From the NCBI GenBank assembly GCA_963746845.1, contig CAVVCZ010000002.1, positions 32,001 to 96,000 on the forward strand: 64,000 nt of DNA, written 5' to 3'. The notes beneath the pieces were generated by a model. It searched no databases and was not told where the DNA came from. It was given only the letters and a program-made list of their open reading frames with translations. Positions 31,251 to 41,416 of the stretch are shown here, piece by piece (within the stretch, counting starts at the first letter, position 1; each line of letters opens with the position of its first letter). The position numbers and the translations under genes are program-made. This DNA is from an uncultured Chloroflexia bacterium. Its GTDB lineage: Bacteria; Chloroflexota; Limnocylindria; Limnocylindrales; CSP1-4.

Positions 31251-32503
31251 GGCGTAGTGGCCGGCGACCCGGCGTCGATCGCCGGGACGCGGGCCGAGAC
31301 GGCCGTCCCGCCGCCCGGCTCCGATTCGATCGCGAGCGAGCCGGCGACGCGGGCCACCCGCTGGCGCATCCCCGTCATCCCGAACCCCGACCCATCGTCG
31401 GACCCGGGTTCGGCGACCTGGAAGCCCACGCCGTCGTCGCGGACGTCGAGCGTCACGACGTCGCCCATGTAGGACAGCGTCAACCACGCGTGCGAGGCGC
31501 CGGCATGGCGGGCGACGTTCGCCAGCGCCTCCTGGGCGATCCGCAGGAGCGCGACGTCGATCTCGGGATGGAGCGCGATGACGTCGCCGGTGACCGCGAC
31601 CTCCACCGGGATGGCGTTGATCTCGGACCAATCGCGGGCCACGTCGGCGAGGGCATCCGACAGCGTCCCGGACTCGAGCGCCGCAGGCATCGACGCCTCG
31701 ACGGACCGGCGCGCCTCGGTGAGGCTCTCGCGGGCCAGTCGCTCGGCGTTCTCCAGGTGCCGGTCGCGATCGGCCGACCGGTCGCGCGCGTGGTCGGCCG
31801 CCTCGAGCTGGGTGACGATGCCGATCAGGCCCTGGGCGATGGTGTCGTGGATCTCGCGTGCCATCCGGGCCCGCTCGTCGAGCACGCCGGCCTCGCGGGC
31901 CTGGGTGAGCAGCTGGGCGTGGAGGCCGGCGTTCTCCTGGAGCGCCGCCTCGAGCCGGGCGAGCGCCTGGCGGCGTTCCTCGCTCTGCTCGGTGACCTTC
32001 TCGCCGACGACCGCGCCGGCGCTGATCGCGAACGTCTGGACGACGATGATCGCCAGGTAGAAGGTCCAGGCGGCCGGCGTCTGCGGGAAGCCGGCGATCA
32101 GGGTGTTCACGAGGATGGACGAGGCGGCGACGCCGAGGACGGCCAACGGCAATGGTCGGAGGACCGTCGCGTAGAAGAAGCCGGTGATCATGAAGATGAA
32201 GTAGAGCGGGTGCCGGAGCATCAGGACCGACGCGAAGACGAGCAGGCCCACGAAGAAGACGTCGATCCGGAGGCGGTGCTCGCTGTTCGGCTGCGGTCGC
32301 CGTGTGTAGAGCAGGTAGATCCACGCGGCGGCGCCGAGCGCGATCGCCGCCGTCGTGGGACGCCAGGCCGGGTCCGGCGGGCCGTCGCTCGGGTCGCCGG
32401 CGCTGAGGACGAGGGCGGTCGCGAAGCCGAGCAGGACGTAACCGCCCCAGTCGAGCATCGCGTCGCCGAACCGCTCCCAGGCCGGCTTCGTCGTTGCGCT
32501 CAT
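31247..32503 (-). CDS. Sensor histidine kinase (HisKA_3)
   Basis: ERARMAREIHDTIAQ, QEALANVARHA, DDGVGF, GFGMTG. Confidence 0.93.
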   Translation of the reverse strand: MSATTKPAWERFGDAMLDWGGYVLLGFATALVLSAGDPSDGPPDPAWRPTTAAIALGAAAWIYLLYTRRPQPNSEHRLRIDVFFVGLLVFASVLMLRHPLYFIFMITGFFYATVLRPLPLAVLGVAASSILVNTLIAGFPQTPAAWTFYLAIIVVQTFAISAGAVVGEKVTEQSEERRQALARLEAALQENAGLHAQLLTQAREAGVLDERARMAREIHDTIAQGLIGIVTQLEAADHARDRSADRDRHLENAERLARESLTEARRSVEASMPAALESGTLSDALADVARDWSEINAIPVEVAVTGDVIALHPEIDVALLRIAQEALANVARHAGASHAWLTLSYMGDVVTLDVRDDGVGFQVAEPGSDDGSGFGMTGMRQRVARVAGSLAIESEPGGGTAVSARVPAIDAGSPATTP

Positions 32504-32555
32504 GCCCGAACGCTACTCCAGACCGTGCCCCCGGATTGGGGGTGCCACGGGGAGG

Positions 32556-33291
32556 TCACTCCCACCGGAACAGCCGGACCGCGAGCGACCCCGCGACCAC
32601 CGTGACGATCGCCATGCCGAGCAGCGGGGCCAGCTGCGGCGCCGTGCCCAGCCAGGCGTCCTGGAGGCTCTGGACGCTCGGCGGGGTGAAGTCGCCGATC
32701 CGACGGAGGATCTCGGGCAGGAACACCCGCGGCAGGTAGACCCCGCCGAGGAACATCACGGCGAAGAACATCGGGATCGCGATCGCGGTCGCCGACCGGG
32801 ACGACGGCGCGACCGACGCCACGAGCAGCCCGATCGAGAACAGCGACGTCATCCCGAGGACGAAGGCGGCGAGATAGGCGACCGGCTGACCCGGCAGCGG
32901 GACCTCGAAGATGACGTTCGCGACCACGATGAGCGGGACGAGGGCGATGACCGCGATCACCGTGTAGACGAGGAGCTGCGCCAGGAGGAGCCGAAGCGGA
33001 TGGGCCGGCGTCGTCGAGAGGCGCCGCAGGATGCCCTTCTCGCGGTACGTCGCGAGGCGGATCGGGATGGTCTGGATGCCGAGCGTCCCGACCGTGATCA
33101 CGACGAGCGACGGCACGAAGACGTCGATGAAGCGGAGGCCGCCGAGGGCCGGGTCCGGCTCCGACGGCCCGAAGATCGAGCCGAAGATCAGGAGGATGAC
33201 CGTCGGCAGCGCGATCGCCGCGAGCCAGGTGATGGGTTCACGCAACATCAGGCGTGGCCTCGGTCGCGATGAGCGACCGCATCTCGTTCAT
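32556..33291 (-). CDS. ABC-2 type permease, +1 frameshift near 33256
   Basis: MNEMRSLIATEA / RLMLREP; YREKGILRRL; 6 TM. Confidence 0.85.
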
Positions 33292-34214
33292 GACAGCTCC
33301 TTGGCGGTGAGGCCGGACGACCGGCGGGTGAGGGCGAGGTATGCGTCGTCGAGGTTCGCCTGATCGACCCGGAGGTCGTTGGCGATGATCTGGCGGCCGG
33401 CGAGGACCGAGGTGACCGCCTGGACGAGGTTGCCGGAGCCGGTCACCACGACCGTCGGCCCGGCCCGTTCGACCCGCCGAACCTCGGGCAGATCGGTGAG
33501 GAGCCGGTCGTCGATCGGCGCGGACGGTCGGAACCGGAGCCGTTGCTCGGGGTCGACCATCGAGACGATGCCGGCCGGGGTGTCGAGGGCGATCACGCGC
33601 CCTTCGCCGAAGACCGCGACGCGGTCGGCGAGGCGCTCCGCCTCCTCCATCAGGTGGGTCACGAGCACGATGGTCACGCCGCGGTCGCGGATGGACTCGA
33701 TGAGCTGCCACGTCTCGCGGCGTGCCTGCGGGTCGAGACCGGTCGAGAGCTCGTCGAGGATGGCGATCCGCGGCCGGCCGATGAGAGCGAGGGCGATCGA
33801 CAGGCGCTGCTTCTGGCCGCCCGACAAGGTCTTGTAGGCCGCGTTCCGTTTGTCGCCGAGCCCGAGGTCGTCGAGCAGGGCGCGCGGGTCGGCCGGGTCC
33901 TCGTAGAACGAGGCGAACAGCGAGAGCGCCTCGCCGGCGGTCATCCGGTCGGGCAGCTCGCTCTCCTGGAGCTGGACACCGACGACCGCCCGGAGGCGCT
34001 CGCGGTCGCGCTGCGGATCGAGGCCCAGGACCCGGATGGTCCCTGAATCGGGCCTTCGCAGCCCGACGATCGACTCGACCGTGGTTGTCTTGCCGGCGCC
34101 GTTCGGGCCGAGGATCCCGAAGATCTCGCCCTCCTCGACGGAGAAGGACACGCCGTCGACCGCCGCGCGGCCGCCGTACTGCTTGGTGAGGTCGGAGACT
34201 TCGATGACGTTCAT
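33288..34214 (-). CDS. ABC transporter ATP-binding protein
   Basis: GPNGAGKTT, LSGGQ, ILDE, VTH. Confidence 0.95.
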   Translation of the reverse strand: MNVIEVSDLTKQYGGRAAVDGVSFSVEEGEIFGILGPNGAGKTTTVESIVGLRRPDSGTIRVLGLDPQRDRERLRAVVGVQLQESELPDRMTAGEALSLFASFYEDPADPRALLDDLGLGDKRNAAYKTLSGGQKQRLSIALALIGRPRIAILDELSTGLDPQARRETWQLIESIRDRGVTIVLVTHLMEEAERLADRVAVFGEGRVIALDTPAGIVSMVDPEQRLRFRPSAPIDDRLLTDLPEVRRVERAGPTVVVTGSGNLVQAVTSVLAGRQIIANDLRVDQANLDDAYLALTRRSSGLTAKELS

Positions 34215-34293
34215 GGCCCGAGCATCGGCCCGGGCGCGACGAACGGCATCGGCGGGACGGCCGGATCTCGCGGCGCGGTCGGTCGATGGCCGG

Positions 34294-34311
34294 ATCAACC
34301 GAACGGTTGAT
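34294..34311. promoter_or_regulatory. Probable response-regulator binding site upstream of ABC/TCS operon
   Basis: Perfect ATCAACCG-AA-CGGTTGAT inverted repeat. Confidence 0.55.
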
Positions 34312-34432
34312 GCGCGGTCCCTTTCGACAATGACGGAGCGGCTCGGACAGGATTGAACCGTCCGGGTCCGAAGCTCGCCTATATGGCGATCACCCGCGAG
34401 GATGAGTGATCCTCACGCACACGAGGGACCCG

Positions 34433-34984
34433 GTGACGACCGTCGAGCTGGTCCGGCAGGCGCAGGGCGGGGCATGGGATGCGTACGACGTCCTCGTGTC
34501 CGAGCGCATCGATGGGCTCTACCGGATCGCGAGCCTCATCCTCCAGGACTTCGACCGCGCCGAGGACGCCGTCCAGGAGGCGCTCGTCCGATGCTGGCGC
34601 GACCTGCCGCGACTCCGGAACCCGGACCGATTCGACGCGTGGCTGCGGCGGGTCCTCTACCACGCCATCACCGACGAGGCGCGCGATCGAACGCGCATGC
34701 GCTCGACGGTCGCCCGGCTGCACATCGACGCGGCAGAGGCCGACACCACGGCTGCGTTCGCCGACCGAGACCAGATCGCCCGCGTGTTCGGTCGACTTTC
34801 GATCGAGCATCGCACGATCGTCGTTCTCCGCTACTACCTCGGTCTCACGCTCGACGAGGCCGCGTCGACCGTCGGGATCCCCCTCGGGACGGCGAAGTCA
34901 CGGCTCCACCACGCGACGAGCGCGCTGCGCGCGGCGCTGGAGGCTGACGCACGTGCCGCTGCGGCGGGAAAGGTCCTGGCATGA
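34433..34984 (+). CDS. ECF sigma-70 factor
   Basis: AEDAVQEALVRCWRDLPRLRNPDRFDAWL; GTAKSRLHHA. Confidence 0.92.
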   Translation: MTTVELVRQAQGGAWDAYDVLVSERIDGLYRIASLILQDFDRAEDAVQEALVRCWRDLPRLRNPDRFDAWLRRVLYHAITDEARDRTRMRSTVARLHIDAAEADTTAAFADRDQIARVFGRLSIEHRTIVVLRYYLGLTLDEAASTVGIPLGTAKSRLHHATSALRAALEADARAAAAGKVLA

Positions 34985-36147
34985 GCGTGCCGTTCGACCC
35001 GGATCGATCGATCGCGGCCTGGCTGGAGTCCCGGGCTCCGGAGCGGGCTCCCGAGCGTCTGCTTGCGGCGGTCCGGGAGCGAACGGAGCGCATGCCGCAG
35101 CCGCGCCCGGTCCGGCCCCGCGGGGTCCCGATCGCCATCCGGATCGGCCGGCCCCTGGCGTTCATCGCGGCGACGTCGGTGGTGGTCGCGATCGTCGGCG
35201 TCGCCGTGCTGCTCCCGCTCTCCAATCGCCTCGGCGGGACCACGCCCGCGCCTGCGTCACCGTCGACCGCGCCGTCGCTGGCTCCGTCAGACGCTCCGTC
35301 AGTTCCGCCGCGTCCCGCCCTCGCCGGTCTGCCACCCGCGGGAACCGCCCCTCGTGACCAGGTCCCGGGCGAGCTCGTCCTGGCCTATGTGGAGAGCACG
35401 TTCTCGACGCCGAGCTCCGTCTGGGTGTACAGCGACGGTCGCCTCGTGTTCCAGAGCTTCGGTACGGCCGCGCTGAGCCAGTTCGCCAACATTCCGGGCC
35501 TCTTCGAGCAGCGCCTCACGCCGGCCGGCGTCGAGTTCCTCCGATCGGCGGCGATCTCGACCGGCCTGTTCGAACACGACCTGGGCCTCGCCAAGGACGG
35601 GATCATGATCGAAATCCGGGTACGCAACCGCGAACGATTGGTCCGGGTGACCTGGGCGGTTCACGAGAACTACAAGGTCGGACCAACCGCTCCGACCGCT
35701 GCGCCGGAGCAGGCGACGGCGATCACGGCGCTGAGCGATCTCTACACCGATCCGAGCTCGTGGCCGGCCGGCACGTGGGCCGACGCCACCGTCCGGGCCT
35801 ATCTGCCCGCCCGATATGCGGTCTGTCTTCGGCGGGTGCCGGACGCCCTCCCACCTGCGGCGCTGTGGGCGATGTTGCCGGGTTCAGCTCGGGACCGCCT
35901 CCGCGCCGCAGACCTGACACGCCACGATGGCGCCCCCGCCGATCCGAGCTGCGTGCTCGTGGCGACCGACGACGTCCGGACGCTGATCTCCGTCATCGAG
36001 GGAGCCGGCATCCCCCAGGCCGGCGGGCCGTCGTCCAGGTGGCTGCGGTGGCAGTTCGCCGATCCGTCCGCTCCCGCCAACGACATCTGGATCTCCTTCA
36101 GCCAGGTCTTGCCGGACGGCGAGCAGGTCTACTTCGGGCCGGGCTGA
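34981..36147 (+). CDS. Putative anti-sigma factor with 1 TM and unknown extracellular domain
   Basis: ATGA coupling; DRSIAAWLE..APERAP; TM; Pro/Ser linker. Confidence 0.7.
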   Translation: MSVPFDPDRSIAAWLESRAPERAPERLLAAVRERTERMPQPRPVRPRGVPIAIRIGRPLAFIAATSVVVAIVGVAVLLPLSNRLGGTTPAPASPSTAPSLAPSDAPSVPPRPALAGLPPAGTAPRDQVPGELVLAYVESTFSTPSSVWVYSDGRLVFQSFGTAALSQFANIPGLFEQRLTPAGVEFLRSAAISTGLFEHDLGLAKDGIMIEIRVRNRERLVRVTWAVHENYKVGPTAPTAAPEQATAITALSDLYTDPSSWPAGTWADATVRAYLPARYAVCLRRVPDALPPAALWAMLPGSARDRLRAADLTRHDGAPADPSCVLVATDDVRTLISVIEGAGIPQAGGPSSRWLRWQFADPSAPANDIWISFSQVLPDGEQVYFGPG

Positions 36148-36212
36148 GCTGGCGCAAGACGCTGAGCGAACGAGGCGCTGCGATGATGGGTCGCCGCTCC
36201 AGAGGATGAAGA

Positions 36213-37559
36213 ATGGCCTCAGGCATCCCGCGTGCCTCGCCCCTCGAGAACGTCCGCTTCTCGCTGACGGTCTTGCTTCCCAACCTGCTCCGGGGGATCG
36301 CGATCCCGTTGCCGTTCTGGACCGAGGTGGCGACCCGGCTCGACACAGGGCGCAGTGCGGCGACGGTGGAGCATCTGACCGAGCGCTACTCCGGCCGGCC
36401 GGTGATGCTTCGAAGCGTCCTTGGGCGGACGCTTCTGGTCCTGGCGGCCGGCGATGTCCGCCGGGTCCTCGAGTCACCCGTGTCCGTCTACGGCATGAAC
36501 GCCACGGAGAAGCAGCGGCTGTTCTCGCCGTTCGCACCCGATGCCCTCAACGGCTCACCGCCGGAGCTCCATGCCGAGCGCCGCCCGTTCAACGAGGCCG
36601 TGCTCGACTACGGACACGAGCACCATCGCTTCGCGGAGCAATTCCTGAGCGTCGTCCACGAGGAGGTCGCGGCGATGCTGGCGGACGCCGGCGTCCTCGA
36701 CTACGAGCGATCGCTCCGGGCCTTTCGAAGGATCTCGCGGCGCTGCGCGTTCGGCGATGCCGCCGCGGACGACACGGAGCTGAGCGAGCTGCACGGCCGG
36801 TTGCGCGCGGACGCCGACTGGCTGGGGCTCAAGGTCTGGAGCCGACTCCGGGACGCACGGCTCCGGGCGTCCATGGACGAACGGATCCAGCGCTACGTCG
36901 CTGCCGCAGAGCCCGGCACGCTGGTCAGTCTGTTCGCGTCCGCGCCCACCGAGGCGGAGACCCGGCCGAACGGCCAGGTGCCGTTCTGGCTGATGGCGCT
37001 CGACGCGATTCGCACCGCGGTCTTCAACGCCATGGCGCTGCTGACGACCGATCCTGCCGCGCACGAGCGCGCCGTCACCGAGGTTCGCGACGCGGACCGG
37101 GCCCATGGGCAGGGCACGGTCGCTGCCCTCGCCGATCTGGCCTTCGTCCGCGCCTGCCTGCTCGACACAGTTCGGCTGTATCCCGCGGCGGCCATGCTCG
37201 TACGTGTCACAGCCGCCGAGACGGAGTGGGACGGCGTGACGCTGCCGATCGGCTCGAGGGTCCTCATCCCCGTCGCCGCCCAGCATCGGGCGCGTCGGCT
37301 GCCGCACGCGAACCGGTTCGCACCGGACCGCTGGCTCGACGGGTCGGCCGATGCCGACTGGCAGATGAACGTGTTCTCGCGCGGCGGCGCGCAGTGTGCC
37401 GGCCGGAATCTCGCTCTCATGCTCGGAACCGCCAGTCTCGCGGAGCTGCTCCGCCAGGGCGAGTTCGAGCTCCTGAGGCCGAAGCTGGGCTCGGACCGTC
37501 CGCTCCCGTACGGAATCAACCCGTTGAACGTCCGATTTGCCGTTCGCGGAGCCCATTGA
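36213..37559 (+). CDS. Cytochrome P450 (atypical)
   Basis: DTVRLYP (ExxR position), FAPDRW, FSRGGAQCAG heme loop. Confidence 0.88.
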   Translation: MASGIPRASPLENVRFSLTVLLPNLLRGIAIPLPFWTEVATRLDTGRSAATVEHLTERYSGRPVMLRSVLGRTLLVLAAGDVRRVLESPVSVYGMNATEKQRLFSPFAPDALNGSPPELHAERRPFNEAVLDYGHEHHRFAEQFLSVVHEEVAAMLADAGVLDYERSLRAFRRISRRCAFGDAAADDTELSELHGRLRADADWLGLKVWSRLRDARLRASMDERIQRYVAAAEPGTLVSLFASAPTEAETRPNGQVPFWLMALDAIRTAVFNAMALLTTDPAAHERAVTEVRDADRAHGQGTVAALADLAFVRACLLDTVRLYPAAAMLVRVTAAETEWDGVTLPIGSRVLIPVAAQHRARRLPHANRFAPDRWLDGSADADWQMNVFSRGGAQCAGRNLALMLGTASLAELLRQGEFELLRPKLGSDRPLPYGINPLNVRFAVRGAH

Positions 37560-37635
37560 CACCGCCGGTCACAGGCTGCTCTTCATCACGAGCCCTGGCC
37601 GCCCGGTCAACCGGTCTTCATCGTGTCCCCGGTGC

Positions 37636-37995
37636 TTATTCGTGCAGCCGGCTCACCCAGTCCTCGGGGACGCGACCGACTGGTCCCGGTGCGGGCTGAT
37701 CCCGCGGATGACTGCGGGGCGGCGCGAGCGGCGGGATGCCGACCACCTGGCCGTCGCGCGCGTAGTCATAGAACCAGTTCTCGCCCGGCTCGAAGCTCTG
37801 CGCGATCGGGTGGCCGGCATCGTCGGCGTGGTGATGGGCGTGCTGCGACGGAGATGAGTCGCAGCACCCGACGTGACCGCAGGCCGCGCACCGCCGGAGG
37901 TGGAACCACCAGCCATCCGGTGTGCCGAGGCATTCGACGCAGCCCGGACCGCTCGGAGGGACTGCCTGGTCGATGGGCGGATCAGCCATGGTCAC
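37636..37995 (-). CDS. UBP-type zinc finger protein
   Basis: CVEC...WFHLRRCAACGHVGCCDSSPSQHA..H...H. Confidence 0.88.
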   Translation of the reverse strand: MTMADPPIDQAVPPSGPGCVECLGTPDGWWFHLRRCAACGHVGCCDSSPSQHAHHHADDAGHPIAQSFEPGENWFYDYARDGQVVGIPPLAPPRSHPRDQPAPGPVGRVPEDWVSRLHE

Positions 37996-38122
37996 GCGGT
38001 CGCCTCACAGCAAACGGGCGGGGCAGTGCCAGTGTGGGCCTTGAGGTCCCATCCCCGCCAGGTCCCCGGCCGCGCGATCCGCCGTGCCGCGCTCGCTGAC
38101 TGCTGCGCCTCACGCACGTTGC

Positions 38123-38650
38123 TCACTCCCCGGGAGGGATTCCGCGAGGCAGGCCGTCGGTCGAAGGCCCGCTCCAGCGATGCGCTCCGACCGTGTGCCG
38201 TCGCGGCTCGATGCCGGAGAACCGACGAGCACGCGTCACCAGCTGGCGATCGGTCAGCGGCGGGGATGCTTCGGTGGCGACGTGGCGATGGCGGCCGTGA
38301 TGCTCGTCGCTCGCGGAGAGCTGCCGCGCCAGGCGTTCGTGGACCGGTCCGCCACCCAGGATCAGCAGGTCGTCGCCCGTGTCCAACCGGTCCACGATCT
38401 CGCCGACAAAGCGATTCAGGTGTTCGATGCGATGCGGCTCGCCCGCGGTCTGGGAGCCGCCGCCGCCACCACCACCGTGGCGGACGACGGGATCGTGGCG
38501 GACGTGGCCTGTCGACCGATGGTGAGCGGGCACCTCCGACTCCACTCGTTCGATGCGCGCCCGGGCGTTTTGGATCCGGACGATGACGGCCTCCCTCGAA
38601 TCGATCCAGACGAGCGTGCTGGAGCGACCGTCGTCGGGCATCCTGCTCAT
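38123..38650 (-). CDS. Hypothetical protein, possibly eRF1/host-attachment (baeRF-like) fold
   Basis: LVWIDSREAVIV...LLILGGGP...PLTDRQLV; ATGA coupling to upstream YbaK gene. Confidence 0.55.
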   Translation of the reverse strand: MSRMPDDGRSSTLVWIDSREAVIVRIQNARARIERVESEVPAHHRSTGHVRHDPVVRHGGGGGGGSQTAGEPHRIEHLNRFVGEIVDRLDTGDDLLILGGGPVHERLARQLSASDEHHGRHRHVATEASPPLTDRQLVTRARRFSGIEPRRHTVGAHRWSGPSTDGLPRGIPPGE

Positions 38651-39168
38651 GAGTTCGCCCACGCCGGACCGGCGTCGGCATCGACGGCCAGATCCGCGTA
38701 GAGGACGGTGCAGGCCCGCTCCCAGCGCGCTCGCTCCACCCGAGCGCTGAAGCGATGGCTGCCCGCGTTGAAGCTGATCTCGGGGTCATCCCGAACGGCG
38801 TAGTCCGCGTACGTCGTCAGTCCGTAGAGCGCGCCGACGGCGGGGATGGCGCCGACATCGCAACCGGGCGCCAATGCGGTCAGCTCGGCCTCGCTCAGCA
38901 GTCGAACGTCGCTCGCGCCCATGGCGAGCCGGGCCTTGCGCAGGTCGAGCTGGTCGGTGGCGTCGAGAACGATGAGGGCAGTCCGCCCATCGTGTGACGC
39001 GACCGCCACGACCTTGGCGAAGGTCCGGGGATCGACGCCTTCGGCCGTGGCCGTGGCGCGGGCCGTGAAAGCCGCGGCGTGCTCGTGGATCTCGTACTCG
39101 ACGTTGTGGGCGGCGAACCAGTCCAGAAGGGGCTGATAGGGTCGCTCGAGGGTCGTCTCGGTATTCAT
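38647..39168 (-). CDS. YbaK/EbsC aminoacyl-tRNA editing family protein
   Basis: FAKVV, GCDVGAIP, ISFNAGSH; AGGAGG RBS. Confidence 0.85.
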   Translation of the reverse strand: MNTETTLERPYQPLLDWFAAHNVEYEIHEHAAAFTARATATAEGVDPRTFAKVVAVASHDGRTALIVLDATDQLDLRKARLAMGASDVRLLSEAELTALAPGCDVGAIPAVGALYGLTTYADYAVRDDPEISFNAGSHRFSARVERARWERACTVLYADLAVDADAGPAWANS

Positions 39169-39444
39169 GGATCGTGACCTCCTGGCACCCTGTCCGGTTC
39201 CTGCAGGGTGGCCCGTGTCGAGCGCGGTGCGCATCGGCCATTCGACGTGGTGACGCAGGCCGAACGGATCGAACCAAGGTCCCGCGACGGCCGGGGTCCA
39301 TTTGGGTCCGACCGACTCCGCGTGTTCGTGTCCGACGGCTCTCGCCGGGGTCGGGCAGCCCGCCGAGACTGGACTCCTGGACGGGTCGACATGGCCGCGT
39401 GCAACCGATGGCAGCGATCCGCCCGCAAGCACGGAGGTCATCTG

Positions 39445-39891
39445 ATGACACTCATCCGGCGTCCCACGCCGTTCGTGGATCTCGTCTCGTTCCAGGACAT
39501 GATGGAGCGACTCTTCGACGATCGACTCTTCAAGCCGATGTGGATTTGCGATGGCGAGCGGCAGGTCGCTCCCTCGCTGGATCTGTACACGACTCAAGAG
39601 GCGGTGATCGCCAGGATCGCGCTGCCCGGCGTCAAGCCGGAGGACGTCGACGTCGCCATCGCCGACGACCTCGTCACCATCAGCGGTACGTTCAAGGGCG
39701 AGACGGAGACAAGCGACGCGGGCTACATCCACAAGGAGCTCAGCCACGGCACGTTCAGCCGAACCTTCTCGGTGCCGATCGCCATCAAGGCCGACGCCGC
39801 CAAGGCGGAGTTCACGAACGGGCTGCTCACGCTCACCCTCCCCAAGACCGAGGAAGTCAAGCCGACGCACCTCAAGGTCCAGGTTTCCTGA
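39445..39891 (+). CDS. Hsp20/alpha-crystallin small heat shock protein
   Basis: GGAGG RBS; LPGVKPEDVDV, FSRTF, AEFTNGLLTLTLPK. Confidence 0.93.
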   Translation: MTLIRRPTPFVDLVSFQDMMERLFDDRLFKPMWICDGERQVAPSLDLYTTQEAVIARIALPGVKPEDVDVAIADDLVTISGTFKGETETSDAGYIHKELSHGTFSRTFSVPIAIKADAAKAEFTNGLLTLTLPKTEEVKPTHLKVQVS

Positions 39892-39924
39892 GGCCTCGAT
39901 GTCGCCGTTCGCCTTCCGACACCA

Positions 39925-39957
39925 GGCGGAGGTCCCACCAGCGGCGGGACCTCCGCC
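39925..39957. terminator. Hairpin terminator between convergent genes
   Basis: GGCGGAGGTCCC-N9-GGGACCTCCGCC followed by CTTCT. Confidence 0.7.
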
Positions 39958-40057
39958 CTTCTGACTCCCCGCGCCGGGTAGCGGATCGACCCGGCCGTCC
40001 GATGACCGGGGCACCGCGGCGAGCGGCGGCGTGAAACCGGGTCCGTCCGACGCAGCC

Positions 40058-40622
40058 TCAGGCGCGGACCGGCGACGTTGCCACGGCCATGGCCGCGTCG
40101 TAACCGGCGCCGAACGCCGCGAGGTTCGCCTCGATCAACGCCGGCCGGTCGACGCCCACGACTTCGGCAAGCGCCTGCCGGATCGACTCCAGGCGGACCA
40201 CCGAAGTTCGCGCAATCAGGCCGCCAAGGGCAACGACGCTGACCAGCCGGTCGTCGCCGGCGGTCCGCGCCAGCCTCGAGCACGGCACCGCCACGACGTC
40301 GACGTCCCTCCGCCGAGGCTCGGCCTCGATCAGCGACGCGTTGACGATGAGAAGCCCGCCGGGGACGAGCAGGGGCTCGTACTTCGCGAGTGATGGCGGG
40401 TTCAAGGCGACGACGCTGTCGGCGTCGTCGACGATCGGCGAGCCGATCGCGTGGTCGGCGACGATGACCGTGCAGGACGCCGTCCCGCCGCGCATCTCGG
40501 GCCCGTAGGAGGGCATCCATGACACCGTCCGGCCTTCGATGACCGCGGCCTGGGTGAGGACGTGACCGGCGAACAGCAGGCCTTGCCCGCCGAAACCCAC
40601 CGAAGATCGTCGCGTGGCGCAT
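40058..40622 (-). CDS. 2-oxoacid:ferredoxin oxidoreductase gamma subunit, frameshift near 40595
   Basis: [10 protein letters not shown] / GGQGLL; [10 protein letters not shown]. Confidence 0.85.
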
Positions 40623-40624
40623 GG

Positions 40625-41412
40625 TCAGTCCTTTCGAGGCCCGGGAGATCCTTCGTCCGGTCGACCAGGACGCCGAGCGGATACGTCTGGACGACGTCCT
40701 CGGCCAGGTGCGCCATCGACTCGGTCGGGGTCATCCCCCAGCCGACCGGGCACGTCGAGAGGACCTCCACGATCGACAGCCCGCCACCGGCCAGCTGCAC
40801 CTCGAACGCCCGGCGAAGCATCGCCTTCGTCCGACCGATCCACTGCGGGTCGGCGATCGAGCCGCGTGCGGCGTACGAGACGCCTGGGAGCAGCGCGAGC
40901 ATCTCCGTGATCGGGATCGGGTAGCCGGTGGTCGTTGCCTCCCGCCCGCCCGGGCTCGAGGTCGTGCGCTGGCCGAGCAGCGTCGTCGGGGCCATCTGGC
41001 CACCGGTCATGCCGTAGATACCGTTGTTGACGAAGATGACGCTGATCCGCTCGCCACGCGCGGCGGCGTGGACGATCTCGGCCGTCCCGATCGCGGCCAG
41101 GTCACCGTCGCCCTGATAGGTGAAGACGAACGCGTCGGGGCGGACCCGTCGAATCCCGCTCGCGACGGCCGGGGCGCGACCGTGTGGGGCCTCGACGAAG
41201 TCGACCGTCAGATAGTCGTACGCGAAGACGCTGCAGCCGACCGAGGCGACCGCGATGGTCGTCGGGCCCAGGTGCATTTCGTCGAGCAGCTCCGCGACGA
41301 GGCGATGGATGATGCCGTGGCCGCAGCCCGGGCAGTAGTGCGTCGACGTGTCCGCGAGCGCGTCCGGTCGGTGGTAGATGACGCGTCTCGGATCGGCTGT
41401 CTGGATGGCCAT
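40625..41412 (-). CDS. 2-oxoacid:ferredoxin oxidoreductase beta (TPP-binding) subunit; probable frameshift near 3' end
   Basis: [35 protein letters not shown]. Confidence 0.88.
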
Positions 41413-41416
41413 CGCG

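Noticed and set aside
39170-39444. CIRCE/HAIR heat-shock operator upstream of Hsp20
   Set aside because: Neither consensus inverted repeat is present.
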